A DNA stretch of 64,000 bases from Armatimonadota bacterium (GCA_046292385.1 JBKBRF010000003.1:262225-326224); one strand, 5' to 3'. Counted from the stretch's first letter, positions 1-10,567 are shown. The notes: generated by a model from the letters alone, not told the origin. Made by a program: numbers and translations.

Positions 1-765
1 GCCGGGCGCAAGGTGGTCGACATCTCCGGCGACTTCCGCGTCCGCGACCGGGAGACGTACGAGCGGTGGTACAAGCGAGAGCACACCTCGCCGGAGCTGC
101 TCGCGTCGGCCGTCTACGGCCTGCCGGAGCTCCACCCGGAGGTGAAGGACGCGGCGCTGGTGGCGAACCCCGGCTGCTTCCCCTCCGCGAGCCTGCTGGC
201 GGTGGCGCCGCTCTTCGCCAGGGGTCTCGCCGAGCCGGACTCGCTCGTCGTGGATGCCAAGAGCGGCGTATCCGGCGCGGGCGGGCGGTCGTCGCTCGAC
301 CCGGCGTACTCCTTCGCGGCGATCAGCGACAACTTCCGCGCCTACAACGTGGGCGGCCACCGGCATATCGCGGAGATGGAGCAGGAGCTGGCGGCGCTGC
401 TCGGCGAGGCGGTGACGATGAGCTTTAGCGCCCACCTGCTGCCGCTCATGCGCGGTATTCTCGCGACCTGCTACGTGACGCTGCGGGAGGAGCCGGGCGA
501 CGTGACGGGGCTCTACCGGGAATTCTACCGGGACGCGCCGTTCGTCCACGTGCTCGCGGAGACGCTGCCGGAGCTGCGCTACGTGGCCGGCTCCAACGCC
601 TGCCACGTGGCGGTGCGGTACGACGCCCGCACCCGGCGCGCGACCTGCCTGAGCGCGATCGACAACCTGGTAAAGGGCGCCGCCGGCTCGGCCATTCAGA
701 ACATGAACCTCGTGTGCGGCCTGCCGGAGACCGCCGGGCTGCTGCACCCCGCTACGGGGCCGTAG
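1..765 (+). CDS. argC: N-acetyl-gamma-glutamyl-phosphate reductase (5' end outside window)
   Basis: Motifs DISGDFR, YGLPE, ANPGCF, SGVSGAG, HRHIAE, DNLVKGAAG; upstream of argJ-argB. Confidence 0.95.
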   Translation, partial: AGRKVVDISGDFRVRDRETYERWYKREHTSPELLASAVYGLPELHPEVKDAALVANPGCFPSASLLAVAPLFARGLAEPDSLVVDAKSGVSGAGGRSSLDPAYSFAAISDNFRAYNVGGHRHIAEMEQELAALLGEAVTMSFSAHLLPLMRGILATCYVTLREEPGDVTGLYREFYRDAPFVHVLAETLPELRYVAGSNACHVAVRYDARTRRATCLSAIDNLVKGAAGSAIQNMNLVCGLPETAGLLHPATGP

Positions 766-783
766 CCGGTCCGCAGACGGCGA

Positions 784-840
784 AAGATCGGGTGCTGGAG
801 GTCGACCGCGCGGAGCGGCCCACTTCCAGCACCCGATCTT
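784..840. terminator. Hairpin between convergent argC and KGG gene (possible bidirectional terminator)
   Basis: Perfect 16-bp inverted repeat AAGATCGGGTGCTGGA (784-799) / TCCAGCACCCGATCTT (825-840). Confidence 0.6.
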
Positions 841-875
841 CAAGAACCGACTGCCAAGAAGTGTCGGTAGGAGAG

Positions 876-1067
876 CTACTCGTTCTGGGACTGGGCGCGC
901 TTTCCCTGTTCGATAAGCTCCTTGACCTTCTGGCCGCCCTTTCGGCCGATCTCTTCATAGAACCGAGGGCCATGCCGCCGCGCGGTGACCTCGCCCCCCT
1001 TCCGCCCCGCCTCGCGGACGGTCATTCCACCGGACTTTGACTTGCCGGATTTGTCGTTCTGTGCCAT
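876..1067 (-). CDS. KGG-repeat general stress protein (GsiB/YciG/Em-like)
   Basis: 63 aa with MTVREAGRKGG and FYEEIGRKGG repeats; AGGAG RBS upstream. Confidence 0.85.
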   Translation of the reverse strand: MAQNDKSGKSKSGGMTVREAGRKGGEVTARRHGPRFYEEIGRKGGQKVKELIEQGKRAQSQNE

Positions 1068-1191
1068 GCCTGTTCTCCTGGATCGGCGACCGGCGCCCCC
1101 GGACTCCTAACCGGCCGCCGGCATTCCGACGCGGGCTCAGCGGTAAAGCAACCGCTCGAGGAGCCACGGTCCCCTTTCGTCCGCTCGGTCT

Positions 1192-1217
1192 ATACCCGGG
1201 CGTCTCAGATGCAAAAC
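1192..1217 (-). promoter_or_regulatory. SigB/SigF-like promoter for the KGG gene
   Basis: Minus strand GTTT-N16-GGGTAT, matching the Bacillus SigB / actinobacterial SigF consensus. Confidence 0.55.
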
Positions 1218-1233
1218 GGCGGTAATGCTTTGC

Positions 1234-1262
1234 TTGACCGGTAGAGTGTCGCCAGCTATACT
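1234..1262 (+). promoter_or_regulatory. Sigma70-type promoter for argJ-argB
   Basis: TTGACC-N17-TATACT, 60 nt before the argJ ATG. Confidence 0.7.
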
Positions 1263-1321
1263 GCGGCTTGTTGCCCCGGCGCTAACTGCGTGCCCGGGGC
1301 TTTTCGGTTTGGTGCCGTCCT

Positions 1322-2530
<1,209 letters not shown>

Positions 2531-2533
2531 GGA

Positions 2534-2636
2534 AGGGTATAGGGTCTAGGGTTTAGGGTTTAGTCACCCCGCCCGTCAGTATGCTTCGTTACCGCAATCG
2601 GCCCCTAGACCCTGACCCCCAGACCCTAGACCCTAG
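2534..2636. repeat. Palindromic heptamer-array element (AGGGTHT)4 ... (CCCTAGA)n
   Basis: AGGGTAT AGGGTCT AGGGTTT AGGGTTT at 2534-2561; complementary CCCTAGA units at 2603-2636; same unit again at about 25224-25243. Confidence 0.75.
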
Positions 2637-2639
2637 CCC

Positions 2640-3515
2640 ATGAGCGACACCCTTCGTGCGGAGACCCTGGCGGAAGCGCTTCCTTACATCCAGCAGTGGA
2701 GCGGGAAGACGGTCGTCGTCAAGTACGGCGGCGCGGCGATGACCGACGAGGCGCTGCGCCACCAGGTGATGCAGGACATCGTGCTGATGCACTACGTCGG
2801 CGTCCGGCCGATCCTGGTGCACGGCGGCGGGCCGGAAGTCTCGCAGGCGATGAAGCGGGCGGGCAAGGAGCCGGTCTTCGTCCGCGGCCTCCGCGTCACC
2901 GACGCCGAGACGATCGAGATCGTGGAGATGGTGCTCGCGGGGAAGACGAACAAGGGGATCGTCTCGCTCCTCCACCAGCAGGGCGGCCGCGCCGTGGGCC
3001 TCTCCGGGAAAGACGGCAACCTCTTCGTCGCGGAGAAGATGCGGACACCGGACGGTGCCGACCTCGGCTTCGTGGGCGACGTGGTGGAAGTGAATCCCCA
3101 CGTGCTCCAGACCCTGGTGGCCGGCGGGTACATCCCGGTGATCTGCAGCGTGGCGGTCGGCCGCGCGGGCGAGACCTACAACATCAACGCCGACCACGTG
3201 GCGGGCCGCCTCGCCGCCGAGTTGAATGCCGCCAAGCTGGTGCTGCTGACCGACGTGCGCGGGATCCTGGAAGACGTAAGCCGGCCGGAGTCGCTCCTCT
3301 CGGAGATCACCGCTTCTCGCGCGCGGGAGCTGGTGGCGAGCGGGGTGGTCGACCGCGGCATGATCCCCAAGGTAGAGGCGTGCCTGATGGCGCTCGACGG
3401 CGGCGTGCCGCGCGCGCACATCCTGGACGGTCGCGCGCCCCACAGCCTCCTCACGGAGCTCTTCACCGACCACGGCGTCGGCACGATGATCGTGGCGGAT
3501 GAAAGTCAGGGATGA
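2640..3515 (+). CDS. argB: Acetylglutamate kinase
   Basis: EALPYI, VVKYGG, VHGGGP, GLRVTD, NINAD, GMIPK, ELFTD.G.GT. Confidence 0.97.
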   Translation: MSDTLRAETLAEALPYIQQWSGKTVVVKYGGAAMTDEALRHQVMQDIVLMHYVGVRPILVHGGGPEVSQAMKRAGKEPVFVRGLRVTDAETIEIVEMVLAGKTNKGIVSLLHQQGGRAVGLSGKDGNLFVAEKMRTPDGADLGFVGDVVEVNPHVLQTLVAGGYIPVICSVAVGRAGETYNINADHVAGRLAAELNAAKLVLLTDVRGILEDVSRPESLLSEITASRARELVASGVVDRGMIPKVEACLMALDGGVPRAHILDGRAPHSLLTELFTDHGVGTMIVADESQG

Positions 3516-3887
3516 ACGCGGAGGTATGAGGGATGAATCCGAACCCTCCGTCAGCGGGAGGTCCTGCTCCTGCTCTTACTCTTGCTCTTGCTCGCTGGCG
3601 ACCCCCAGTGCTCCGGCACGTCTGCGCCAGCTGGATCCACGCGGGGTGATTGCCGGCCCGCACGCCGGGCCCTGAAGGACCCGGCTGCCTTTGTTTCGGG
3701 AAGCACCCTGAAGGGCGCTTGCGCTGCCGCAGGGCCGGCAGGTGAAAGCTTCACCGTCCCGCCGCCCTTCCGGGGGCGCTTCGGCCGCGTTCGGAAAACG
3801 AGTACGAACCTTCCGAGTCCGGATGGTTCGGCTTTAGCCTTTAGCCTTTTGACTTTAGCCTTTAGCGCCCCCCCCGCGTTCATCCCT
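3508..3887. repeat. Composite REP/MITE-like intergenic element
   Basis: 14-bp terminal inverted repeats AGGGATGAACGCGG (3508-3521) / CCGCGTTCATCCCT (3874-3887); internal CCGAACCCTCCG..CGGGAGGTCCTGCT core, CCCTGAAGG hairpins and (CTTTAGC)n arm. Confidence 0.65.
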
Positions 3888-3896
3888 TGCGCTGTC

Positions 3897-4244
3897 TCAG
3901 TCTTCGCGGTCGAGCTGCTCCAGCAGCGTCTTGCGGTTCTGGTGCTGCTGCTCGTACCGGCGGATCCGGTCGATCTCCTTCTCCGAGAGGTCGTCCAGCT
4001 TCCGGGTGACCTGCTCGACCGTCAGGCGGTCGTAGTCGTCGATCGGCAGGTGGCGGTCGGGCGACTTCCCTTCGCGGTCCTGCTGCTTCGCTTCTTTCGT
4101 CTCCCCGAGCTCCGCGCGCTGCTTGTTCACGATCCGCGCCGCCACCTCTTCTTCCCGTCCCGGGTAGCGGCCTTCTTCCTTGAACTCCTCTTTGAGCTCC
4201 TCGTACTCGCGCTCTCGCTTCTGGCTCCAGGCTTGCTGCGGCAT
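3897..4244 (-). CDS. Conserved small charged protein (PQQAWSQKREREYE... family) with C-terminal LPIDDYDRL domain
   Basis: AGGAGG RBS before ATG at 4244; motifs 'EEVAARIVNKQRA..GE' and 'YE..H.NRKTLL' recalled from widespread hypothetical proteins. Confidence 0.7.
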   Translation of the reverse strand: MPQQAWSQKREREYEELKEEFKEEGRYPGREEEVAARIVNKQRAELGETKEAKQQDREGKSPDRHLPIDDYDRLTVEQVTRKLDDLSEKEIDRIRRYEQQHQNRKTLLEQLDRED

Positions 4245-4329
4245 CGAACGCCTCCTTTCCGGCGGCCTCACAGCCAGGTCATTCCCGGCTGGAGCGGGTC
4301 GTCCAACACCGGGGCAGCGGTGGGGCGTG

Positions 4330-4869
4330 TCAATCGGTGTGGCCGGACTGGGCGCGGAGGAGCATGATCGTGCCGGTGAGCACGTGTCCCAGGCCGTTAG
4401 CCGCGAAGACGAACGCCACCAGGCGCGCCGGCTCCGGCCAGAGCACGGCGCTGTAGATCAGCAGCACCGCGAACCAGAAGCCGGCACAGTCCGGGCAGGT
4501 GAGCAGGCCGCCGATGGCGCCGCGCAGCCCCTCCCGGACCGGCTCTTCCTGGAGCTCGCCTTCCTCGTCTTCCCAGACTTCCACAAAGGGCGAGCGCAGC
4601 GGGCGCGCGACGTCGTCGAAGGCGATGATCCTGCCGGCGCGGTAGCTGGCGAGCGCGAAGAGCACCAGGTTGAACGGCGTCAGCAGCGTGCGCAGCTCCG
4701 GCAGCGGCCAGCGCCACCAGATGAGCAGCGCGCTCAGCAGGATGAAGGTGCCCATGATGCCGGCGATCCAGGGCGTGCGGCTGTCGCGCAGCGCCTCCGC
4801 CAGCCCGCTGCGCAACTCGCCCTGCCCCGTCCGGCGCCTCACCGGCAGCCGAAATCGTGCGCTCTGCAT
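4330..4869 (-). CDS. DUF1360-family membrane protein
   Basis: LASYR.GRII..D.V..PLR.PF and 'IGGLLTCPDCAGFW'; TM segments; start inferred at MQSAR. Confidence 0.75.
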   Translation of the reverse strand: MQSARFRLPVRRRTGQGELRSGLAEALRDSRTPWIAGIMGTFILLSALLIWWRWPLPELRTLLTPFNLVLFALASYRAGRIIAFDDVARPLRSPFVEVWEDEEGELQEEPVREGLRGAIGGLLTCPDCAGFWFAVLLIYSAVLWPEPARLVAFVFAANGLGHVLTGTIMLLRAQSGHTD

Positions 4870-5032
4870 CCCGCTTCCGCTCCCTGTCGTCGCCCCGAGG
4901 TCCCCTGCGTTGTACCCAGCCCGCCCGCGCGGCACGCGCGGAAGTGTCGGTTCGGCTCGGTGTCGAAGGCTAGGGGTATACTTGCCTGTGCCGGTGCGCG
5001 CGGTAGGATCGCGCGCCGGGTGGAGGGCCGGG

Positions 5033-5548
5033 ATGCGGGTGTGGACGGCGAGCCCGGAGGAGACCCAGGCACTGGGCGAGCACCTCGGGCGGCTGCTAAG
5101 CCGGGGCGACGTGGTGACCCTCTCCGGGGATCTGGGGGCCGGGAAGACGGCGCTGGCGCAGGGCATTGCGCGCGGGCTGGACGTGCGGGACGTGGTGAGC
5201 AGCCCGACCTTTTCGCTGGTGCACGAGTACCGGGGGCGGGTGCCGGTGTGGCACCTCGACACCTACCGGCTCGGCAGCGCGGACGAGCTGATCGACCTGA
5301 GCTGGGCCGACCTCCTCGCCGGGGGCGGCGTGATCCTGGTGGAATGGCCGGAGCGGATCGCCGAGGCGCTGCCGGAGAGCCGGCTGGAGATCGAGCTGGC
5401 CCACGGCCAGGGGGACGCGCGGGAGCTGCGGCTGAGGCCTCGCGGCGAGCGGATGCAGCGAGTGGTCGAGCAGCTCGAGCGCTCTTTAGAACTGAGCGGG
5501 GGAGTGGGAGCAAGGGAGAGTGGGGGAGTTGGGAACCCGCTTTCGTGA
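5033..5548 (+). CDS. tsaE: tRNA t6A biosynthesis ATPase
   Basis: GDLGAGKT, SSPTFSLVHEY, HLDTYRL, VEWPE; TTGCCT-N16-TAGGAT promoter at 4982-5009; the C-terminus runs into a repeat. Confidence 0.93.
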   Translation: MRVWTASPEETQALGEHLGRLLSRGDVVTLSGDLGAGKTALAQGIARGLDVRDVVSSPTFSLVHEYRGRVPVWHLDTYRLGSADELIDLSWADLLAGGGVILVEWPERIAEALPESRLEIELAHGQGDARELRLRPRGERMQRVVEQLERSLELSGGVGARESGGVGNPLS

Positions 5549-5588
5549 GCGGCTTCTCAAGCTCGCCCACTCTCCCATTCGCCCATTC
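5500..5588. repeat. GGGAGAGT-type palindromic repeat
   Basis: GGGAGTGGGAGCAAGGGAGAGTGGG (5500-5524) is identical at 61779-61803; complementary CCCACTCT/CCCATTC arm; related array at 18326-18366. Confidence 0.7.
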
Positions 5589-5622
5589 AATTCCGACAGA
5601 AGCACGTGATCAGGTAAGACAG

Positions 5623-6327
5623 ATGTGGGTTCTGGGGATCGAGACCTCCGGGGAGCTGGCCGGTCTGGCGGTGGCGGATGAGCAGGGTGTGGCGGCGGAG
5701 CTGGCGTTCCGGCACCGCAACGAGCTTTCGCGCACGCTGGCCGGGCGGGTGGAGGCGGTGCTGGCGCTGGCGGGGATCGAGGTGGGGGACCTGGGCGGCA
5801 TCGCGGTGACCGTCGGCCCCGGCTCGTTCACCGGGCTGCGCCTGGGGGTCACCTTCGCCAAGTCGCTCGCGCTGGCGCGGCAGCTTCCGGTGGTCGGGAT
5901 CGGGGCCCTGGAGGCGCTGGCGGCGGAGCGTCCCGCGCACCCGGACGCGCTGATCTGTGCGGTGATGAGCGCCTCCGACAAGGACCTCTACGCCGCCCTC
6001 TTCCAGTGGCGCGGCGGGAGGCCGGAGCCGCGCGCGGAGGAGATGCTGCTGCCGGTGCAGGATCTGGCGCAGCGGCTGGCGCGGGCGCCGCTCCACGTGA
6101 TCCTGGCGGGACAACCGGGCCCGCACCGGGCGCTGCTCTGCGAGGCCTTGGGCGATCGTCTCTCCGTGCTGCCCTACGACGTCCCGCCCCGCGCCGCCAC
6201 CGTGGCGCTCCTGGGTCACATGCGGATCGCGGAGGGGGCGGTGTCCGACCTTCACGCGCTCGGCCCGCGCTACCTGCGGCCGTCCGCCGCGGAAGCGCGA
6301 CGGGAGGCGGCGTGCCAGGGCTCGTGA
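5623..6327 (+). CDS. tsaB: tRNA t6A biosynthesis protein
   Basis: LGIETSG, GPGSFTGLRLG, P.YLRPS.AE; position between tsaE and rimI. Confidence 0.93.
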   Translation: MWVLGIETSGELAGLAVADEQGVAAELAFRHRNELSRTLAGRVEAVLALAGIEVGDLGGIAVTVGPGSFTGLRLGVTFAKSLALARQLPVVGIGALEALAAERPAHPDALICAVMSASDKDLYAALFQWRGGRPEPRAEEMLLPVQDLAQRLARAPLHVILAGQPGPHRALLCEALGDRLSVLPYDVPPRAATVALLGHMRIAEGAVSDLHALGPRYLRPSAAEARREAACQGS

Positions 6328-6818
6328 TCCGCGCCATGTCTCCGGAAGACCTGGAGGCGGTGTGTGCGATCGACCGGCGCTGCTTCCCGGAGCCGTGGTC
6401 GCGGGAAACCTTCGCGGGAGAGTGCGCCAGTCCGGTTGGCTACTACCGCGTGGCGGAGCTGGAGGGCCGGGTCGCCGGCTACCTGGGCAGCCAGATCATC
6501 CCGGACGAGGCGCACGTCACCACCTTCGGGGTGGCCCCGGAGCTGCGGCGGCGCGGCGTGGGAGAGCGGCTCCTGGCCGATTTCCTGCTGGCGGCGGTGC
6601 AGGCCGGCTGCCGGCGCATCACGCTGGAGGTGCGGGCCAGCAACCGCGCCGCGGAGCAGCTCTACCGGAAGTGGGGCTTCGCGCCGGTGAGCCGGCGGCG
6701 GGGCTACTACACCGACAACGACGAGGACGCGATCGTGATGTGGATCGAAGACACCAGCCGCTTCGGCTTCCGGACGATGCTGGAAGAGCGCACGCGCGCG
6801 CTGGCGGCGGAAGGTTAG
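6312..6818 (+). CDS. rimI: Ribosomal protein S18 alanine N-acetyltransferase
   Basis: GNAT motifs F.EPWS, RRRGVG, TLEVRASN, RRGYY..NDEDAIVM; GTG start after GGAGG. Confidence 0.9.
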   Translation: MPGLVIRAMSPEDLEAVCAIDRRCFPEPWSRETFAGECASPVGYYRVAELEGRVAGYLGSQIIPDEAHVTTFGVAPELRRRGVGERLLADFLLAAVQAGCRRITLEVRASNRAAEQLYRKWGFAPVSRRRGYYTDNDEDAIVMWIEDTSRFGFRTMLEERTRALAAEG

Positions 6819-6823
6819 CGCCG

Positions 6824-7831
6824 ATGCGAGTACTTGGAATCGAGTCGTCCTGCGACGAGACCGCCGCGGCGGTGGTGGAGGGCGGCTGGACTGTCCGGAG
6901 CAACGTCATCGCCTCGCAGGCGGAGCTGCACGCGCCGTTCGGGGGCGTGGTACCGGAGATCGCCTCCCGCCGGCACGTGGAGCTGGTGACCCACGTGATC
7001 CAGGAAGCGCTCGACCAGGCGGGGATGAGGCTGGATGACGTGGAAGGGCTCGCCGTCACCAACCGCCCCGGCCTGATCGGCTCGCTGCTGGTCGGCGTCA
7101 CCGCCGCCAAGGGCCTGGCGCTCGGCAGCGACCTCCCGCTCGTGGGGGTCCACCACATCGAAGGCCACGTCTTCAGCAGCTTCCTGGCGGAGGGCGGCCC
7201 GCAGGTGCCGGCGGTCGCCCTGATCGCCTCCGGCGGCCACACGGAGCTCTACTATGTGCGCGATCTGCACGACTACTTCGTGATGGGCCGCCGCCGGGAC
7301 GACGCGGCGGGGGAGGCGTTCGACAAAGGCGCGCGGCTGCTCGGCCTCGGCAGCGGCGGCGGCGCGGCGCTCGACCGCCTGGCCCGCGAGGGCGACCCGG
7401 AGAAGGTGCCGTTCCCCAAGGCGCGCACGGAGCCGCCGCTCGACTTCAGCTTCAGCGGGGTCAAGACGGCGCTGCTCCGCTTCGTGCAGGAAGACGCGGG
7501 GAAGACGCCCCTGGCGGAGGTGGCGGCCGGCTATCAGCGCGCGATCGTCGACGCCCTGGCGGAACGCGCCGTGCTGGCCGTGCAGCGCAGCGGGGCGCCG
7601 CGGCTGCTGGTCGGCGGCGGCGTGGCGGCCAACTCCACGCTCCAGGCCCGTCTCCGCGCGGAGGCGGAGCTGCACGGCTTCGAGGTCTCGTTCCCGCCCC
7701 CGTCGCTCTGCACCGACAACGCCGCGATGATCGCCGCCGTCGGCCACAGCCTCCTCGACCGCGGCGTCCGCCATGGCCTCGACCTGGAAACCCAGGCGCG
7801 CGCGCCGCTGACGGAGAAGGTCTACCGGTAG
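6824..7831 (+). CDS. tsaD: tRNA N6-adenosine threonylcarbamoyltransferase
   Basis: LGIESSCDET, GGVVPEIASRRH, HHIEGH, SGGHT, DDAAGEAFDK, FSFSG.KT, CTDNAAMI. Confidence 0.97.
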   Translation: MRVLGIESSCDETAAAVVEGGWTVRSNVIASQAELHAPFGGVVPEIASRRHVELVTHVIQEALDQAGMRLDDVEGLAVTNRPGLIGSLLVGVTAAKGLALGSDLPLVGVHHIEGHVFSSFLAEGGPQVPAVALIASGGHTELYYVRDLHDYFVMGRRRDDAAGEAFDKGARLLGLGSGGGAALDRLAREGDPEKVPFPKARTEPPLDFSFSGVKTALLRFVQEDAGKTPLAEVAAGYQRAIVDALAERAVLAVQRSGAPRLLVGGGVAANSTLQARLRAEAELHGFEVSFPPPSLCTDNAAMIAAVGHSLLDRGVRHGLDLETQARAPLTEKVYR

Positions 7832-7835
7832 GGCC

Positions 7836-7892
7836 GAAGGCAAAAGGCGAAAGGCAAAAAGTCCGAACCCTCCGTGAACGGGAGGTCCTGCT
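7836..7892. repeat. (AAAGGCD)n-CCGAACCMTCCG repeat copy
   Basis: Same arm plus core at 3539-3568, about 3820-3866 (reverse) and 13908-13985; arm only at 28062-28095. Confidence 0.7.
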
Positions 7893-7945
7893 GCTCTGAA
7901 AACAGCCGTCGAGATTTGGCACGGTGGGTGAGCACTCCGGCGCGG

Positions 7946-8045
7946 CCTAACCCCCCAACCCCCTTCCCTGAAGTGGAAGGGGGAGTCGCGGCATCACACC
8001 GATAGCTTCCCTCTCCTCACAGGAGAGGGAACCGAGGGTGAGGCC
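7946..8045. repeat. REP-like double hairpin
   Basis: CCCCCTTCC..GGAAGGGGG and TTCCCTCTCCT..AGGAGAGGGAA hairpins inside outer GCCTAACCC/GGGTGAGGC arms. Confidence 0.65.
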
Positions 8046-8384
8046 CCGTGAGCAGGAGCCGCCGCCGCACCTTTCATGGCCGCGGGTGACCCGGAGGACA
8101 ACTCGTGCTCGAAGGCGCTCCGGGATAGCTGTGCTCTACGCCAGGAGATCACCGCTGCGCCGCCGGAGGTCTCCCACCCCCTTGCGCCCATTCTCCCACT
8201 CAGTCCGGCGAAAGCCGCGGGTCACTCCCGCAGCTTCTGCCGCACCGGCGGGCGACCGCCGCTCCCGTGCAGCCCCTCAACCGACCGGCGATTGCCGGAT
8301 ACGGACGCGGCGTGATACCATAGGCCGTTTGCAAGCCCCGGTCGGCCGCTCCGGCCGGGGCCGACCTTCGGAGCAGAGAAGTCG

Positions 8385-9695
8385 ATGCTGTTGCTAGGCA
8401 CCCAGCGCGTGAATGCCCAGGGGCACCTCGAGATCGGCGGCGTGGATACCGTCGACCTCGCGCGGGAGTTCGGGACGCCGCTGTACGTGATGGACGAAGC
8501 CACGCTCCGCCGGAACTGCCGGGACTACCTGGCGGCATTCCGGGCGCGCTGGCACGACGTAAAGGTCTCGTTCGCGGGCAAAGCGTTCCTCTGCAAAGGC
8601 ATCTGCAAGGTCATCGAGCAGGAAGGGTTCTGCCTCGACGTCGCCTCCGGCGGCGAGCTCTACACGGCGCTGGAGGCCGGCTTCCCCGCGGAGCGGATCT
8701 CGGTCCACGGCAACAACAAGTCGGTGGAAGAGCTTCAGATGGCGCTCGACGCCCGCGTGGGCCACATCGTGGTCGACAACTTCCTGGAGCTGGACCAGCT
8801 CACGGAGCTGACCCGCGGGCTCTCGGAGCCGCAGTCGGTGCTGCTCCGGGTGGCGCCGGGCATCGATCCTCAGACGCACCGCCGGATCAGCACGGGGCAG
8901 GTCGATACCAAGTTCGGGTTCGACGTCGCCAGCGGGGCGGCGCTCGCCGCGCTCAGCCGCGCGCAGGAGATCCCGGGGCTGCGCCTCCGCGGCATTCACT
9001 GCCACGTCGGCTCGCAGCTCCTCGATACCGACTGCCACGTCGACTCGGTGGCGGTGATGGTCGACCTCCTCGCGCAGGTGAAGCGCGACCTCGGCATCGA
9101 GCTGGAAGAGCTGAACATCGGCGGCGGCCTCGGCATCCGGTACCTGCGCGACCACCGGCCGCCGACCCTGGAAGAGTTCGCGGACGCGGTCACCCAGACG
9201 CTGCGCGAGGAGCTGGACCGCCACGGCCTGAAGGCGCCGGTGCTGCTGCAGGAGCCGGGCCGCTCCCTGGTCGGCGAGGCGGGGACCACCCTCTACACCA
9301 TCGGCTCCAGCAAGCTCGTCCCGGGCGTGCGCACCTACGTCTCCGTCGACGGCGGCCTGTCGGACAACCCGCGGCCGGCCCTCTACGAGGCGAAGTACGA
9401 GGTGCTGGTGGCGAACAAGGCGGGCCAGCCGCACGACCAGGTGGTCACCGTCGCCGGCAAGCACTGTGAGACCGACATCCTGTTCAAGGACGTGGCCCTT
9501 GCCTCTCCGCGCGCGGGGGACCTGCTGGCGGTGCAGTCGACCGGCGCCTACAACTTCGTGATGGCGAGCAACTACAACCGCTTCCGCCGCCCGCCGGTGG
9601 TGCTGGTGAACGACGGCCGGGCCGACCTCCTGGTGCGCCGCGAGACGTTCGAGGACCTCGTCGCGCGGGACGTGATCCCGTCCCGGTTGCTGTAG
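8385..9695 (+). CDS. lysA: Diaminopimelate decarboxylase
   Basis: FGTPLYV.DE, AGKAF, DVASGGEL, HGNNKS, KFG, HCHVGSQ, NIGGG, EPGRS, GKHCE.D, GAY...MASNYN. Confidence 0.97.
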   Translation: MLLLGTQRVNAQGHLEIGGVDTVDLAREFGTPLYVMDEATLRRNCRDYLAAFRARWHDVKVSFAGKAFLCKGICKVIEQEGFCLDVASGGELYTALEAGFPAERISVHGNNKSVEELQMALDARVGHIVVDNFLELDQLTELTRGLSEPQSVLLRVAPGIDPQTHRRISTGQVDTKFGFDVASGAALAALSRAQEIPGLRLRGIHCHVGSQLLDTDCHVDSVAVMVDLLAQVKRDLGIELEELNIGGGLGIRYLRDHRPPTLEEFADAVTQTLREELDRHGLKAPVLLQEPGRSLVGEAGTTLYTIGSSKLVPGVRTYVSVDGGLSDNPRPALYEAKYEVLVANKAGQPHDQVVTVAGKHCETDILFKDVALASPRAGDLLAVQSTGAYNFVMASNYNRFRRPPVVLVNDGRADLLVRRETFEDLVARDVIPSRLL

Positions 9696-9699
9696 CTCG

Positions 9700-9787
9700 T
9701 TACAGGTTATCAGGTTGCAAGTTGCAGGTTCGGCCGTGGCACCGGGAACCGAGAACCTGTAAACCTGGAAACCTGAAACCTGCGAAC
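9700..9787. repeat. (CAGGTTG)n ... (AACCTG)n palindromic repeat
   Basis: Further copies at about 33957-34030, 42093-42197, 42888-42978, 48427-48515, 55197-55256 and 61823-61898. Confidence 0.75.
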
Positions 9788-9795
9788 ATCCTGAC

Positions 9796-9832
9796 ACGGC
9801 CCCCGGAGGAAGCACTATCCTTCGGGGGCCGT
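9796..9832. terminator. GC-rich hairpin downstream of lysA
   Basis: ACGGCCCCCGGAGGA / TCCTTCGGGGGCCGT 15-bp stem with one G-U; no U tract. Confidence 0.45.
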
Positions 9833-9940
9833 CGTGTCTCTGAGAGCGTGGACGGTACGCGTCCGGGGCGGAGGTTCGGAGGATCGGGCAGGCGAACGGG
9901 ATCACATTGCGGTCGGCCCAGCGAGATTGAGAGGCTGAAG

Positions 9941-10222
9941 ATGGATCCGGGTGTCGTGATCGTCTCGGTGGTGGGGACCCTGGCGGTCTACCGCCTGGCG
10001 AAGCAGTGGATAGAGACGCGGGGAAAGTCCGGCGTGAGCCCGGGGCTCTCCGCGGAGGTCGCCGCGCTGCGCCAGGAAGTGCAGCAGCTCAAGCAGCAGA
10101 ACAACGACCTGCTGCTGACGGTCGACAACAGCCTCGATCGCATGGATCGCCGCGTTTCCCACCTGGAGACGCGCCTCGCCGGCCCGGCGGAAGAGCGGCA
10201 GCAGATCGGCAGCGGCCGGTAA
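9941..10222 (+). CDS. Small single-TM + coiled-coil protein, paralog 1 of 3
   Basis: ATG after GAGG; N-terminal hydrophobic helix; LKQQNNDLLLTVDNSLDRMDRRVSHLETR. Confidence 0.8.
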   Translation: MDPGVVIVSVVGTLAVYRLAKQWIETRGKSGVSPGLSAEVAALRQEVQQLKQQNNDLLLTVDNSLDRMDRRVSHLETRLAGPAEERQQIGSGR

Positions 10223-10264
10223 GCTCCGGAACAGGCAGCGTCTCCAGGCTGCCGGAGAGGTAGA

Positions 10265-10567
10265 ATGCGCGAAGCTGATCTCCTTCTTGTCACCCTGGCA
10301 ATGCTGCTTGGGACCGGCACCTTCATCTACCTGGTGCACAGCATCAAGAGCGCGATCCTGGGCCGGGCGAAGGGACGGGTCGACGACGAGCTGCTCGGGG
10401 AGATCCGCGCGCTTCGCATGGAGATGCAGGCGCTGCGGCAGCAGAACAACGAGGTGGTCCTGACGCTCGACAGCAGCCTCGATCGCATGGACCGGCGCCT
10501 TTCCTACCTGGAGACCCGGCCGCAGCCGCAAGAGCCGGAGCGCCGGCAGATCGGATTGGGCCGCTAG
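10265..10567 (+). CDS. Small single-TM + coiled-coil protein, paralog 2 of 3
   Basis: LRQQNNEVVLTLDSSLDRMDRRLSYLETR...ERRQIGLGR. Confidence 0.8.
   Translation: MREADLLLVTLAMLLGTGTFIYLVHSIKSAILGRAKGRVDDELLGEIRALRMEMQALRQQNNEVVLTLDSSLDRMDRRLSYLETRPQPQEPERRQIGLGR

Noticed and set aside
2548..2563. TTTAGGG plant-telomere-like units
   Set aside because: Only about two units, embedded between argJ and argB as one arm of a palindrome; not eukaryotic contamination.
4180..6327. 715-aa ORF that looks like a large TsaB fusion
   Set aside because: Only the part from 5623 is TsaB; the upstream part overlaps DUF1360 (antisense) and tsaE (other frame) and is a stop-poor high-GC artefact.
7832..8384. Possible lysine riboswitch in the long region upstream of lysA
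   Set aside because: No AGAGG.GC / GAAAGG / GCCGAA / ACTGTC core was seen. The region holds REP-like repeats, and a plausible promoter (TTGCCG...TGATACCAT, about 8292-8321) lies close to the start.
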